Below, one piece after another: positions 25,124 to 38,180 of a stretch of 64,000 nt of DNA. Both the position numbers and the translations under genes were made by a program. A model generated the notes under the pieces. It ran no database searches and had not been told where the DNA came from. It worked only from the letters and a program-made list of their open reading frames with translations. Source of the stretch: Squalus acanthias (Eukaryota); the NCBI GenBank assembly GCA_030390025.1, contig CM059432.1, forward strand, positions 22,880,001 to 22,944,000, written 5' to 3'. Position 1 is the stretch's first letter. The number at the start of each line of letters is the position of its first letter.

Positions 25124-25968
25124 GGGCCATAATTTGCTGCCAAAAATAACTGTGAGGCTCATGGCACTCGCTATTATTTATGCGTAAACAGTACAGCAAC
25201 TTCAGGCGAGGGGCTGATACCCGGATCAAGTCAAAAATCCAAATGTTGCTGTCCGAGATGAGCCGCTCTGTCGTAAGCTTTGCATAAACGGGCCGGAGAG
25301 ATTGGAGGAGGAAGGGAGAAGATCATGGAAGGGGCCGGAGAGATCTGGGGAGGAGGGGAGAAGACTGCCGTGAATCACCATTGACATGCATTGAACGATG
25401 TGAAGTTGCTGCATTTGCGCGGTAGATACGAACTAAACTCGCCACAGAAAGTTACGTCTTGTCTAATTCAGTTTAAGTACCCTTCTAATAACATGGTAAG
25501 TGTTAATTACTGCCAAACAACCTCTCTGATACTGAAAAGTGTGGAGTCATTCCATCAAGTTTTAATTGTTGTTGGAGATTTTTTTTAATGTAAAATTTTA
25601 AATTCAAACATTTTTTTTCCTTTTCCTTTCTGTCTCTGTTCTCTCTCTTTTAATCCAGTCTTTATTTCCCTCTGCTTATTTTCTTTCTGTACCTGATTTG
25701 ACATTGAATTCACCCACTCTAATTTACATTTCCTTCTCAGTCCTTGTGCTATTCATTTCACAATCCTTCAATTTGATTGTGAAGGGCGATACACAGTTGC
25801 TTTCCCTGTTGACTCAGGTCCCAGATACCCTGTTTCCCTCGCTGCGCCGTTATCAGCTCGCACGTTAAACAACTTGCATGCAAAAAATTTTAAAACCTAA
25901 ATGTGCAAGGGTAAGTCTAACTAATGGCAGATGTCATTAGATGCCCTGCTACTGCAAAATTATGGCCC
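25124..25968. mobile_element. Harbinger-like MITE
   Basis: TIR GGGCCATAATTTGC / GCAAAATTATGGCCC; TSD ATT; related copy at about 33440-35050. Confidence 0.85.
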
Positions 25969-25989
25969 ATTAAAGACCGAAAAGGGGAA

Positions 25990-26290
25990 TTTCTCTGATA
26001 GACAAATTTGTGGCACTTTATCAAAGGTTATCTGGAAATCAAGGTGTACAAAATCAACTAGACATCAACATCATCCACTAATGTGGTCATTTCCTCAAAG
26101 AATTCCTAAAGCAATGCTGGGATTCTTTAATTCCTGTTGATCTTTTCTGGTGTTCAGAAACCACATTCCTTACCATGTCCTCCAGCGTCTTCCCTACAGT
26201 CAATGTTAAACTAACAGAGCTATAACGTCCAGCGTCCCACTTATTCCCATTCTTAAATGTTGGGAACACACCAACCTTTCTCCATGTCCG
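25990..26290 (-). mobile_element. Old CR1 RT fragment
   Basis: PTFKNG…GRYSSVSLT…VGK…ESQHCF. Confidence 0.7.
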
Positions 26291-26295
26291 GCTAC

Positions 26296-26743
26296 AATAG
26301 TGCAGTGGCTATATTACTGGACCAGTAATCCAGAGGCCTGGACTAATAATCCAAAGAACGCCAGTTCACATTCCATTATGGCAGTTTGAGAATTTGAATT
26401 AATGTTTTTTTTAAATCTGGGAATAATGAGCTGCTATCAGTAAAAGTGACCATGAAGCTGTTGGATTGTTGTAAAAATTCAACTGGTTCACTAATGCCTT
26501 TTAGAAAAGCAAACCTGCTATCCTTTCTATTATATATATTACCGATACATGACCTACACATTACTCCAGTCCCACACCAACCACCCTCTGAAGTAGCCTA
26601 GCAAGCCACTCAGTTGTAACAAACTGCTACAAATAGCAGTTCAAGAAGGATGCCCACCACCATCTTCTCAGGGTAACTAGGGATGAACATTGAATGTGGC
26701 CTTGCCAGTGATGCCCATCTCCTGAGAATGACGATAAAATAAA
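26296..26743 (+). mobile_element. tRNA-headed SINE made of the 5' UTR and 3' tail of the LINE at 36650-39200
   Basis: Colinear with 36655-36976, then jumps to the tail seen in reverse at 38185-38290. Confidence 0.8.
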
Positions 26744-26919
26744 CTCCATTGGAACCAGCCCAGTTCTAAAAAGCTATTAAATATATGAGCATGTGGTTCA
26801 CATAAAACATCCCCATTTCCTTTAGCACTCTGGGGTGAATGGCATCAGGTCCAGCAGACAATTAGCCTTGAGTGTCTTCATCCCAGCTAAGAGCATTTCC
26901 ACAGTTCTTTCCAAGGAAT

Positions 26920-28330
26920 AAATTTTAAGAGTTACAGAGGAAGGCAACCAAAATGATACCCAGTCTGAGGATCTTAGTTATCAGGATAGGTTTGATTAGC
27001 TGGGGCTATTTTCATTAGGGAAATACAGATTTAGAGGAGAGATAATTGAGGTTTTAAAATTATTTTGTCCAGGTGGTGGGATCACGCTAGAGGTGACTGA
27101 AATGGCGGAGGATGATCTGTTGAATGTGGAGGCAGATTGGGTTGAAGGTGAGGTCAAGGGAAACCCTATCATGGTTCTGGGAGGGAGGAGAAGGGGTGAG
27201 AGCAGAAGTGCAGGAAATGGAACAGACACGGTCGAGGGCCCTGTCAAACACGGTGGATGGGAATCCTCGATTGAGGAAAAAGGAAGACATATCAGAAGCA
27301 CTGGTATGGAAGGTGGCATCGTCAGAACAGATGCGACAGAGCCAGAGAAACTTGGAGAATGGAATAGAGTCCTTATAGGAAGCGGGGTGGGAGGAAGTGT
27401 AGTCCAGGTAGGTGTGGGAGTCAGTGGGCTTATAGTGGATATTTGTCGATAGCCTATCCCCAGAAATGGAGACAGAGAAGTCGAGGAAGGGAAGGGAAGA
27501 GTCGGAGATGGACCATGTGAAGGTGAGGGAAGGGTGGAAATTGGAAGCAAAGTGAATGAAATTTTCCAGTTCAGGGCAAGAGCAGGAAATGGCACCAATA
27601 CAGTCATCAATGTACCGGAAAAAGAGGTGAGGGAGGGGACCTGAGTAGGACTGGAACAAAGAATGTTCCACATTTCCCACAAAAAGTCAGGCTTAGCTAG
27701 GACCCATGCGGGTTCCCAGAGCAACACCTTTAATTTGGAGGAAGTGAATGGAGTGAAAGGAGAAGTTGTCCAATGTGAGAACAAGTTCAGCCAGGGGGAG
27801 GAGGGTGGTGGTGGATTCGGACTGGTTGGGCCTCTGCTCAAGGAAGAAACAGAGCACCCTGGTGGGGGATGGAGGTGTAGAGGCATTTGATGTCTCATAT
27901 GAATGGAAGAACTGGGGATTTGCATATCAAATATATAGGCAGAAAATTAACATAAATATTAGGACGTATTTCCATTAAACCTCTGGAAGAGATTATTGAA
28001 TCATGCAGTGAGTACGGATTCCCTGCGGTCCTTCAAAAGGGAGCTGGGCAAGTTCGCGAGAGGAAGACGTTTCACGTTATAGAGGATATGTTGTGGTGTA
28101 ACTGGTAATAATGAATTTCATGAGTTTACATGGTCTCCTGAAACTTGATTACCTCAGGGCATCAGAGGGGAATTTGCCAGACTTTTTCATGAATTGACCT
28201 CTGGATTGTTTCTCTATTTTTGCCTCTACCAGGAGATCACATGACAGAGAGACGGGTTGCAGGTGTATGGGGCTGTACCATATCTGGAATGAGGTGGGCT
28301 TGAGATGGACCAGATGGTTTGCTTCCCATC
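26920..28330 (+). mobile_element. Old CR1-like 3' fragment interrupted by Penelope
   Basis: …AGGGCAACCAAAATGATACCC-like start, LGLFSL…RGEIIEVLK; resumes at about 27880. Confidence 0.6.
27071..27880 (-). mobile_element. Penelope-like element RT fragment
   Basis: FFRYIDDCIG…LTFTW…LPFLDFSV…HYKPTDSHTYLDYTSSHP…SIPFS, characteristic PLE RT motifs. Confidence 0.9.
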
Positions 28331-28524
28331 CTTTCTGTACATTCATATACACTAAATTAAGGATCTCTTAGATTTTCTATTAAGTAAATGATTACCAATT
28401 TCCATAATTTGTCAATTGGTGCCATGCGACTTGACCAGTAGCGATACTATAAATATTTAACTGAATATTCCAGATTAGTATTACAGCTCGTATATATTAC
28501 CCACAACATAACACATAATCTGGT

Positions 28525-28953
28525 TTAAAGGGTTAAATTATGATGACAGGTTGCATAAACTTGGGTTGTGTTCCCTTGAGATTAGAAGGCTGAGGGTAAT
28601 TTAACTGAGATGTTAAAAATGATAAAATGATTTGATAGAGTCAATACAGAGAAGCTATTTCATCTGGTGGAGGAATCCAAAAACAAGTGGCACAATCTTA
28701 AAATTAGAGATAGGCCATTCGGTAGTAAAATCAGGAAGCAATTTTTCACACAAATGTTAGGGGAAATCTGAATTCTCTCCCCCAAATGGCGGTAGAAGTT
28801 GGGTCAATTGAAATTTTCAAGACTGAGATCGACAGATTTTTATTAGGTAAGGATAGCAAGAGCTATGGATCAAAGGCGTTGAGGTACAGATCAGCCATGA
28901 TCTAATTGAATGGCAGAAAAGGTTCGAGGGGCTGAAGGCCGATTCCTGTTTCC
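28525..28953 (+). mobile_element. CR1 3' fragment
   Basis: CR1 C-terminus and GATCAGCCATGATC tail hairpin. Confidence 0.8.
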
Positions 28954-28954
28954 C

Positions 28955-30617
28955 TACCCTGCTGCTATCTCCATCCCGGTCTCTGAAATGAATTTACCGT
29001 GATTGGGCATGTTAAGCCCACCCAGCGTGTTTCCCGGCCAATTAGAGGAAGTGAGTCTGGTGACGTCATTTCATGATGCGTCATCAGCCGGTTTCCTTAA
29101 AGGGACCATGGCCAAATTTAGTTTGACATTTGTACTGTCAGTGTTCTACAGCATTGAGGTGCTGCAAGTGTGACAAGCACTGCACAGAGGTGTAGGGCTG
29201 CACACAGGCTCTCCCATGACTCCCTCCATAGGCTTATGGGCGGAAGAGCCCTCTCTAGGAGATCAACACAGCCTGGTTGCACATTGCACAGGAGGGCACA
29301 AGCAGGGATGTTGTCAGGAGTACCTGGCTGCAGTGGCGCAAACTTTTCAATGATCTCAGTAGATCACGAAAGGTTAGTACAAAGCCACACTCAGCCTCAT
29401 CCTGCTGTGCCTCTCACACATCCCCATCACTCCGCTTTCCCTACCCTACTCCTGCACATCCTTACTCACACCAACTTACCTTGTACCTCCACCCATCCCT
29501 CTCTATCTACATTATCATATCCCCATCTCACTGGCCACCCCTCACACTCACCCTCATCCTAGTCCAATCATACCAACTACCAACACACAAGAGTAGGCAC
29601 TTGGGTGTTTTATCCAATGTGCAACTAATGTTTCTGTTAATGTGCTGTCAAACATTGAAACCTTTATTTTCAACACTTTGTGTTCCTGGACAGATTTGTG
29701 TGTACCTTTGGAAGTGGCTTAGTGAGTTGCAGTGAATGTTGAGACATAACGGTACCCCCCCTGCAATGATGATGAGTGTGAAAGGAATGGCTTGGGCATT
29801 GTAGGGATGCTTTATGGTGTTGGTGTGGGGTGGTGCCAGCCTGGCACATCATGTGGCAGCCAGGATGTACAGCATCAAGTGAAGTAAATCTTTCCATGGT
29901 GAGGCCATCCCTGGCCTTCCGGGCAGCAATGTGGTCGGGTGTCCTCTGTCCTGTGCAGCAGCAGTTGATTGCGGAGAAGGTTGGTGTTGTTGATGGTGCT
30001 GCCGGTGTGCCTGGTGATGCTGGTGTTGGGGCTGATCGTGGTGGGATTCTGAGGACCAAGGTGAGAGAGTTTCAAGGGCACCCATGCTGATGGAATAGAT
30101 GGCAGGTGAAGTAGAGATGACAGAAGCGATCTGTCAATGGTGGGAGAGGTAATGAGGTCAGACTGGATGGAGACTTGTCTAAAGACTTGCAGCATGCTGA
30201 ATCTGCAGTGGAAATGCAGTTTAGAGAAGCTAGTGGCTGAGGGAACATGTCTCCATCAGCTGGGAGCTCTGACTTGACATTTGAAGCTGTCAACTCATCA
30301 GCTGATTCAATGGCCACTGACCTCCCGCCTCAGCTTCACAGACAAGCTCGAGGCACAGCGGAAAACTGGTGGGCGACCTGTCAAATCCAAAAAGCTGGGA
30401 AAAAAACATTGATAAGTGGTTGTAAACAAGCCACTAATGATTTTAATTGCCTCCCCCGCCGCTACGTGTCGGGTCTGCTCAGCGCTGACAGACCCGATAC
30501 TTGGTAAAGGCATGTGGCAGTGGGTTCACATTGGGGTCCCGACCCGCTGGGAAAAAAAACACTTTCCCACCCAACCCGCCACCGATCGTGCCCGCTGGCC
30601 CCCCGCAAAATCCAGCC
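28955..30617 (+). mobile_element. Internally deleted Harbinger (Myb exon remnant on +, probable transposase N-terminus on -), copy 1
   Basis: HIAQEGTSRDVVRSTWLQWRKLFNDLSRS (Myb/SANT); right end AAAATCCAGCCC; homologous to 46994-48700 and 59557-61345. Confidence 0.8.
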
Positions 30618-30911
30618 CTATGTTCTTGTGTTCCTAAATATGACTTAGGCTCCAATACAATGAAGACTTAAGATAAAACATTCTTTTACTATATCGGAAC
30701 ACCTCCATGTTCAGCCTCCTCCCTGCATGGATCCTGTGCTGAAATCAAGCACCACTGCAGTCTCCTACTGTAACTTATTCTTTCTCAGAGTCTGAAAACT
30801 GTGGACCTCAATAACTCAGTCGCTCCTTCAATCTTTCCTTTCTCCTGCTATCTTCAAGCTTCTAAAGTCCTGATTTAATTCCGGATTTATTCTGTTTTCT
30901 CTTTTTTCCAC

Positions 30912-31532
30912 CTCCTGCCTCAGCTCATCCGCTGCTGAAACCCTCATCTATGCCTTTGTTACCTCTAGACTTGACTATTCCAATATACTCCTGGCCAGCT
31001 TCCCACTTTCTGCCTTCCGTAAACTTGAGGTCATCCAAACCTCAGCTGCCCGTGTCCTAACTCGCACCAAGTCCCATTCACCCATCACCCCTGTGCTCGC
31101 TGACCTACATTGGCTCCCGATTAAGTAATGCCTTGATTTTAAAACTGTCAGCCTTGTTTTCAGATCCCTCTATGACCTTGCGCCTCCCTATCTCTGTCCA
31201 ACAACCCTCAGAGATCTCTGTGCTCCTCCAATTCTGGCCTCTTGAGCATCCCCAATTTCAATCACTCCACCATCGGTGGCTGTGCCTTCAACTGCCAAGC
31301 CCCTAAGCTCTGGAATTCCCTCCCTAAACCTCTCCGCCTCTCTACCTCTCTTTCCGCCTTTAGAAGCTCCTTTAAGACATTACTTAAAACCTACCTCTTT
31401 GACCAAGCTTTTGGTCATCTGTCCTAATAACTCCTTATGTGGCCCGGTGTCAAATTTTATTTTATAACGCTCCTGTGAAGCGCATTGGGACATTTTACTA
31501 GGTTAAAGTCGCTATATAAATACAAGTTGTTG
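30912..31532 (+). mobile_element. L2 LINE 3' fragment
   Basis: AAETLIYAFVTSRLDYSN…LWNSLP…LKTYLF; (TTG)n tail. Confidence 0.9.
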
Positions 31533-31809
31533 TGGTTAATCGCGCGAATCCTGATGGTGTCCCTCACTATGGACTTTGCCCCTTCACCTTGGTTTCTCAA
31601 TAAAAATAAAACTTACATTCCATATAATATATCTAGATTTCTTACTCCACGCTTGGTTTGCAGTCTTAAGTTTGTTACTTTTGCCAGTGGGGCTACTTTG
31701 GAGGGCAGCACAGATTTTGTTTGTGTACCACATGAAGCCATAAGTGATGTTGAGATATTTTTTCTTTCCCTTCCCTCCCTATTTAATCCTCTCTTTTCCT
31801 GAAGAGGCT

Positions 31810-33374
31810 GGGGGCTAGAAATTCATTATAGCCAAGAATTGGGCAGTGTTTAAACTAAAAATGGTTAAGTAGCGCCAGTTGAAAATCGTCTAGGCTGCAC
31901 GCAAAATCCGTCCCCACTCCTCAGTAAAATGATTGCAGTCATGATTCTTGTCTAAAAACCCAAGCTCCTTAGCTTAGACTGAAAAGATGGACCAATATCA
32001 GAGGCAGTCTAAACGCAAGTAATGATTGCCACAGGCTTTTTTCACTACTTAAAGGGGAGGTTCATTGATGCTGCAGCACCTCATTCTCAGCATTGTTGGG
32101 TGTGTAGCTGCCTCAACAACCATAAGAAGTAGGACAAGGAGAAGGAGCACTCATTTACAAATCCTGATGGCAGATCGCCGCCCCAGGTAGAGAGCCCAGA
32201 GGTTTTCCGATGAAGCTTTGGAGGCATTGTTTTAGCGGTGGAGAGAAGGCAGGTGGTCCTGTACCCGTCAACTCGCAGGAGGCCCTCACCACAAGTCTGC
32301 AGGACTATGTGGAGGGAGGTGACACACCATGCCATGGGCAGCACTGTGCTCCCCAGGACCCACACACAGTGCAGGAAGAAGTTAAACAAGCTCACACGGG
32401 TGGTCAGGGTGAGTGAAGGCTTCAACAAATGCTACATACCACCATCTGTACCACAAGCTTCACACACTGCTCAATGCACCATACCCCCACTAACAATCTC
32501 TACCTAGCAACACTCACACCCACATCTCACACCTTGCACACAATGACAGCTATTCAACTATGGCAGGCACAAGCATTATTAGTTATTAGAATTCACGTGA
32601 TATGTGTGATATGTTTATAGATAAATTTATTAAGAGTGTTTGGAATATTTTGTGGTCTCTCTCATTTCACTTTTGCGCCCAGGAGGACGCTGTGATATGG
32701 CGTGAGACAGGGATTGTATGAAGGGGATGTGGGGGATGTGGGGATCTGAGGTTCCATTCATGTGAATCAGAGTCTGATGAGCCCCTCTGGAAGGCCGATT
32801 GTCTCGCAGCCTCCGCTCCCTCCACCGTAGATCCTGGAGGGTGAGGTCCACTGCCAGTACAGCCCCCATGACTTTTAGCAAGTGTTGTAGGTTGAAGCTT
32901 TTCAGAAATAATTGTGGAGTTTTGTCCTTGGCACAACACTCCCTGATACCAAAGATCCATGAAATGAATAAAGAAAACTCTTCCAGTAGCAGGAAGTAGC
33001 ACACAGCCACTCAAACTTCAAAAACCTGTCAGGTCTGAGTGATTCATGATGATCCCTTTAAATAGTGTCACTGGAGCCGGTTTCCTGCTGCTGCACACCA
33101 CCTGAACCTGTCGCTGTTAACTCCAGCCGGTACATTCATTGGCTGTAACGAAGTTGGGAGATCGGGTGTCAAGTGAGCGTTGCACACTCACTGACAGCAC
33201 GATCGCCATGATGGCGATGTCCCCAGCAATTGCATTTAGCAGCAGCACTACCAGCAACACCGATATGGCGTGTGGCGCTGGAACCGACGTCAGGTGGCAT
33301 TAAAGCTCTCAACAGCATTTTAGCGCCATCTCGTGGCGCTAACGTGTGGCGCAAACCACACGAATTTCTCCCCC
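31810..33374 (+). mobile_element. Internally deleted Harbinger, second family
   Basis: TIR-like GGGGCTAGAAATTC / GAATTTCTCCCCC; Myb remnant MWREV…RTHTQCRKKLNKL followed by donor GTGAGT near 32410. Confidence 0.7.
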
Positions 33375-33439
33375 TAAATCTTTTTGGCATGCATTTCCCC
33401 AGTGGCTGACAGTCCACCAGTATCTCATCCAAAAAAACT

Positions 33440-35050
33440 TTGGGCAAAACCTTCCTGGAAAAATAACGGAGTGTTAACAACGCATGCCGTTATTAATGCG
33501 CAAAGCAGGCAGCAAGTTCAGGGGATGAAGAGATACACTGTGCGTTACTTGCTGGTCGATTTACGGCGCTCTTCTGTTTGCATCACACGAGCAGCATCTC
33601 GCCTTTTGCCACCCCATTATTTTGAAGAACTTGCTGGATTTGTAGATTAATTGCCCATTAAACTCACCACAGAAAATTAGGGCTCATAATTAATAGCGTA
33701 AGCAAGCTTTTAACAATGTGATAATTGTTGATGCAAATCAACATCTCTGGCGCAGAAAGGGGACAATTTAAACTTTTTAGTCTCATTCCTGCTTGTAGTA
33801 AATTGTTGTTTGTGATTTTAAGAATGTTCAAATTTTTAATTGTTCAGTGTTTTTCTTACTTTGACTTTCTGCCTATTTTTTTTTTCTCTCTCTTAATCAA
33901 ATCTTTCCTTTCCTCTCTTTTTTCTCTTTCTGTGCATGATTTGAATCGAATTCACCCTCCTTCTCCATCGCTCCTCTCTTTTTCAATCCTTAAATCTCAT
34001 TGATTAAGGAGATGCGCTGTTGGTCCTGCCATTCACTGAGGTCCCATATGCCCTGTTGCCCTCGCCACACCCTTATCAGCTTGCACTTCCAGCAAGTTAC
34101 GACACATAGGGGGAGAAATTCGGTGGGTTCGCGCCTACCGATTGCGCCCCCGGGGGCGGCGAGATGAATGACTCCCGCTAACTTGGCCAGGAGGTTTGCG
34201 GCGGCATTAACACTCTGCGCCACGATCTCCTGCGCCCGGAGATCGTGACATCATTGCCGTGCGCATTGCCCCGGTAGCGCCCCGGACTCAAACTTCGGTT
34301 CCGCCCCCTGCAGCATCGCCGGGCGAAAACACCGACAGCTGCAGAAGGTGTTGTTCGGGAGGCCAATCACCAAACTGTGCAATCCTTTCTCTAGCTCAGA
34401 AACACAAATAGACCATGCATACAATAGTCATTCACACTCTCAGTTATCTAACTGAAATTCAGTGTCTTTAAGAGGCGTGCAATCTGCACGGGTTATTCCT
34501 TTTAATTGGCGGCGGAAGTTAAAGAGGAAGTTGCCGAGGTAAGTAGGAAAATGTCGGGAAAAAAATGTCAATTTTTTTAAATTCTCCTGGGCTGCGATCG
34601 ATCAGCCCGGCACTCTGCTGGAGTGCCTGGGGCTGATCAAGTTGGATTGCGGCTGCCATCGGGGACCAGCTAACTGGTCCCAATGTAGAGCCTGCAGCGA
34701 TGGGCCTTCCCTTTAAGGAAGGGAAGGAGCCTCGGAACGCAGCAGCGCTGCACGGCCCAGTGTGCAGCGCTGCACCACTGCCGCCCCGCCTGCGTCCTTT
34801 AGCGCTCCAGGAAGGAAGTGGAGCGCTTGATTCAGCGCTCTACTTCCTTCCTGGAGTGCAAACACCGAAATGAGAAAAAACTGGGAATCATTAGTGCCTG
34901 GCGCTAAGTTTCCCAGCTTTCAAAACGGGGCGATACTGAATTTCTCCCCCAAAGAATTTTCGAGCTGAAGGTTGCAGGACCATGTCTAACTAACTCGACA
35001 CGCCACGAGATGCCCGGCTCCAGCAAGATGTGGGTCATTGTTTCATTTGG
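33440..35050. mobile_element. MITE of the 25124 family with a nested MITE
   Basis: Colinear similarity to 25124-25968 on both sides of the insert. Confidence 0.6.
34109..34950. mobile_element. Harbinger-like MITE (nested)
   Basis: TIR GGGGGAGAAATTCGGT / ACTGAATTTCTCCCCC. Confidence 0.8.
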
Positions 35051-35399
35051 GACGCTCGGCAGTGAATGTTGGAAAACTATTTGACCATGGAAGGCACCAT
35101 AGCCTCCTTCTGCCCGAACCAAAGTGTATATATGCACTATCCAATGGCAGGCACTGGATAATGATTGAGACTAGAAACACTGACTGATTTTTCTTCCATC
35201 GAACTGAGGGATGAGGACAGGTGTAATTCGCAAACTGGTGCCTTGACTAACTCAACTCAGATTGGACCTTGATGGCCTGTAAGGGTCAAATGCACACTGG
35301 GCACTTCTTTACCACACTAAGAAATTGGAAGAGCTCTGTGATATTAGGATTTAGTTAAGCAGCTGATACAGGGGACCCCTGTGTTCAGAGATCATGGAA

Positions 35400-35735
35400 C
35401 AATACAATCATAGAATGATACAGCACAGAAGGAGGCCATTCGGCCCATTGTGCCCTTGCCAGCTTTTTGAAAGAGCTATCCAATTAATCCCACTCCCCTT
35501 CTCTTTCCCCATGGCCCTGCAATTTTTTCCTTTTCAAATATATATCCAATTTGTTTTTGGAAGTTATTTTTGGGCCCTAATCCACCCTTTCAGGCAGTGC
35601 ATTCCAGATCATAACAACTTGCTGTGTAAAATAAATTCTGCTCATCTCACCTATTTGCCAATTACCTTAAATCAGTGTCCTCTGATTACTGACCCTTCTG
35701 CCATTGGAAACAGTTTCTCCTTATTTACTCTATCA
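35400..35735 (-). mobile_element. CR1 3' tail fragment
   Basis: Similar to 3093-3335 and 4103-4385. Confidence 0.8.
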
Positions 35736-36651
35736 GCTCGATAGGATCCCATATGCCTTTTTTACAGCCTTTCATCTTTCACCGACATTAAAAATTGCCT
35801 CCACAAAGGAGAACTTGACTATCGTAACTATCGCTTCTTTTTTCTTATTTAAATATCATAGTTGAGAGACTGAGTAATACTCAGGCTCGTTCTTGATTTC
35901 TGTTTAAAAATATCTGGCACAAGACATGAATACATGGAGTTTAGATCGACGGACACTTTAATTACCTTCCATGTTCACACATTCCACCTGTCATACGCAA
36001 ATAGGAAGCCCTGAGCAAGGACATCCAATTAATGCTTTGAATGCATAAGTGTATTGTTTAACTGCTTAAAGATTCTAAAGAGGAATTTACTGCCTCTCAT
36101 AAACCTGATCTTCCATCCCTGGTAGTGCTAGGTTCTGAACTGCAATTTCTGCCAGAAATTCTAATACACCACATCAAGGCATCCGACCTACACAGATGGG
36201 CATGTCGCAGCATTTAACCCTCAATCGCTCCATCTGCAAGCTAACCTGCTTCTTCATTTCTGCAGGTCCTCCTTATGAAGCCTGTGAATTTAGCTTCCAA
36301 ACCCTAGGTCGCATTTCAACTTAGTTGTCGAAAGCAAAGGACTTAAAATTCACAGCCTCGTCTATCTGGAAGGCATTTTATGGCTTTGAAGCAGTACCTA
36401 AGGTGTTATAAATGTACAATACATGCAATTCAGCTAAATTGCAATTCTGGAGACTGCAATATTAGCTTGTCTTACTACTCTATGGAAATGGCAGCTCTGG
36501 GACATGCCGAGTATTACAGAGGTATTTGATTTTGACGCAGTTGCAAGAGGGAGTACAAATACAAAGCAAGCGCATTCCCAAAACATAAACTGTGATTTTC
36601 CGTTCTTGTGGAATCCTGGCCACGGCAAGCATCTGCCTACCATGCAGTAAA

Positions 36652-38180
36652 GGCAGCATAGTGGTTATGTTACTGGACTTGTCATCCAGAGGTCTGGATT
36701 AATAATTCATAGATATTAGTTCAAATCCCACCATAGCAGCAGTGGAATTTAAATTCAGTTAATTAAACAAATTTGGAATAAGAAGCTAGTATCAGTAATG
36801 ATGACCATGAAACTACCAGATTGTCATAAAAACCCATCTGGTTCACTAATGTCCTTTAGGGAAGGAAATATGGCATCCTTACCTGGTCTGGCCTACATGG
36901 CCAGCAATGTCGTTGACTCTTAACTGCTCTCTGAAATGGCCTAGCAAACCACTCAGTTGTACCAAACTGCTACAAAGAAGTATACTAAGATTAAAACTGG
37001 ATGGACTAATCAATATCGAACTAGGCAACGGACATGACAAAGGCAGACCCAGCTCAGTCGACCCTGCAAAGTCTTCCTCACTAACATCTGGGGACTTGCG
37101 CCAAAATTGGGAGAGCTGTCCCACAGACTAGTCCTACTCACAGACTCATACCTTTCAGCCAATGTCCCAGACTCCTCAATCACCATCCCTAGGTATGTCC
37201 TGTACCACCGGCAGGACAGACCCACCAGAGGTGCCGGCACAGTGGTATACAGTCAGGAGGGAATGGCTCTGGGAGTCCTCAACATTGACTCCGGACCCCA
37301 TGAAGTCTCATGGCATCAGGTCAAACATGGGCAAGGAAACCTCCTACTGATTACCACCTACCGCCCTCCCTCAGCTGATGAATCAATACTCCTCCATGAT
37401 GAACGTACTCTGGGTGGGGGACTTCAAGGTCCATCACCTAGAGTGGCTCGTCAGCACCACTACTGGCCGAGTCCTGAAGGACACAGCTGCCAGACTGAGC
37501 CTGCGGCAGGTAGTGAGAGAACCAACATGAGGGAAAGCCTACTTGACCTCATTTTCACCAAAATACCTGTCGCAGATGCATCTGTCCATGACACTATTGG
37601 TAGCAGTGACCACCACACAGTTCTTGTGGAGACAAAGTCCCGTCTTAACATCTTCATCATGTTGTGTGGCACTACCACCGTGCTAAATGGGATAGATTCA
37701 GAACAGAATCTAGCATCTCAAAACTCAAATCCGTGATGATCAGTGGGCCATCAGCAACAGCAGATTTGTATTCCACCACAATCTGTAATCTCATGGCCTG
37801 GCATATCCCTCACTCTACCATTACCATCAAGCCATGGGACTAACCCTGGATCAATGAGGAGTGTAGAAGAGCATGCCAGAAGCAGCACCAGGCATACCTA
37901 AAAATGAAGTGCCAACCTGGTGAAGCTACAACACAGGACTACATACATGCTAAACAGTGGAAACAGCATGCTATAGACAGAGCTAAGCGATTCCACAACC
38001 GAAGGATCAGATCAAAGCTCTGCAGTCCTGCCACATCAATTCGTGAATGGTGGTGGACAATTAATCAACTAATGGAAGGAGGAGGATCCATGAACATCCC
38101 CATCCTCAATGATGGCGGAGCCCAGCACGTGAGTGCAAAATACAAGGCTGAAGCGTTTGCCACCATCTTTAGCCAGAAGT
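36652..38180 (+). mobile_element. 5' half of a single-ORF CR1-like LINE with a tRNA-like head
   Basis: GGCAGCATAGTGGTT…AGTTCAAATCCC head, about 400 nt UTR, then APE endonuclease (LTDSYL…RQDR…TYRPP…LDLIFT…SSDH). Confidence 0.8.

Noticed and set aside
26996..27925. 309-aa Ser/Pro-rich ORF
   Set aside because: Alternative frame of the pyrimidine-rich Penelope RT fragment.
36652..36740. Functional tRNA gene
   Set aside because: Only A/B-box-like remnants with an extended spacer, no full cloverleaf, and it continues into retroelement sequence.
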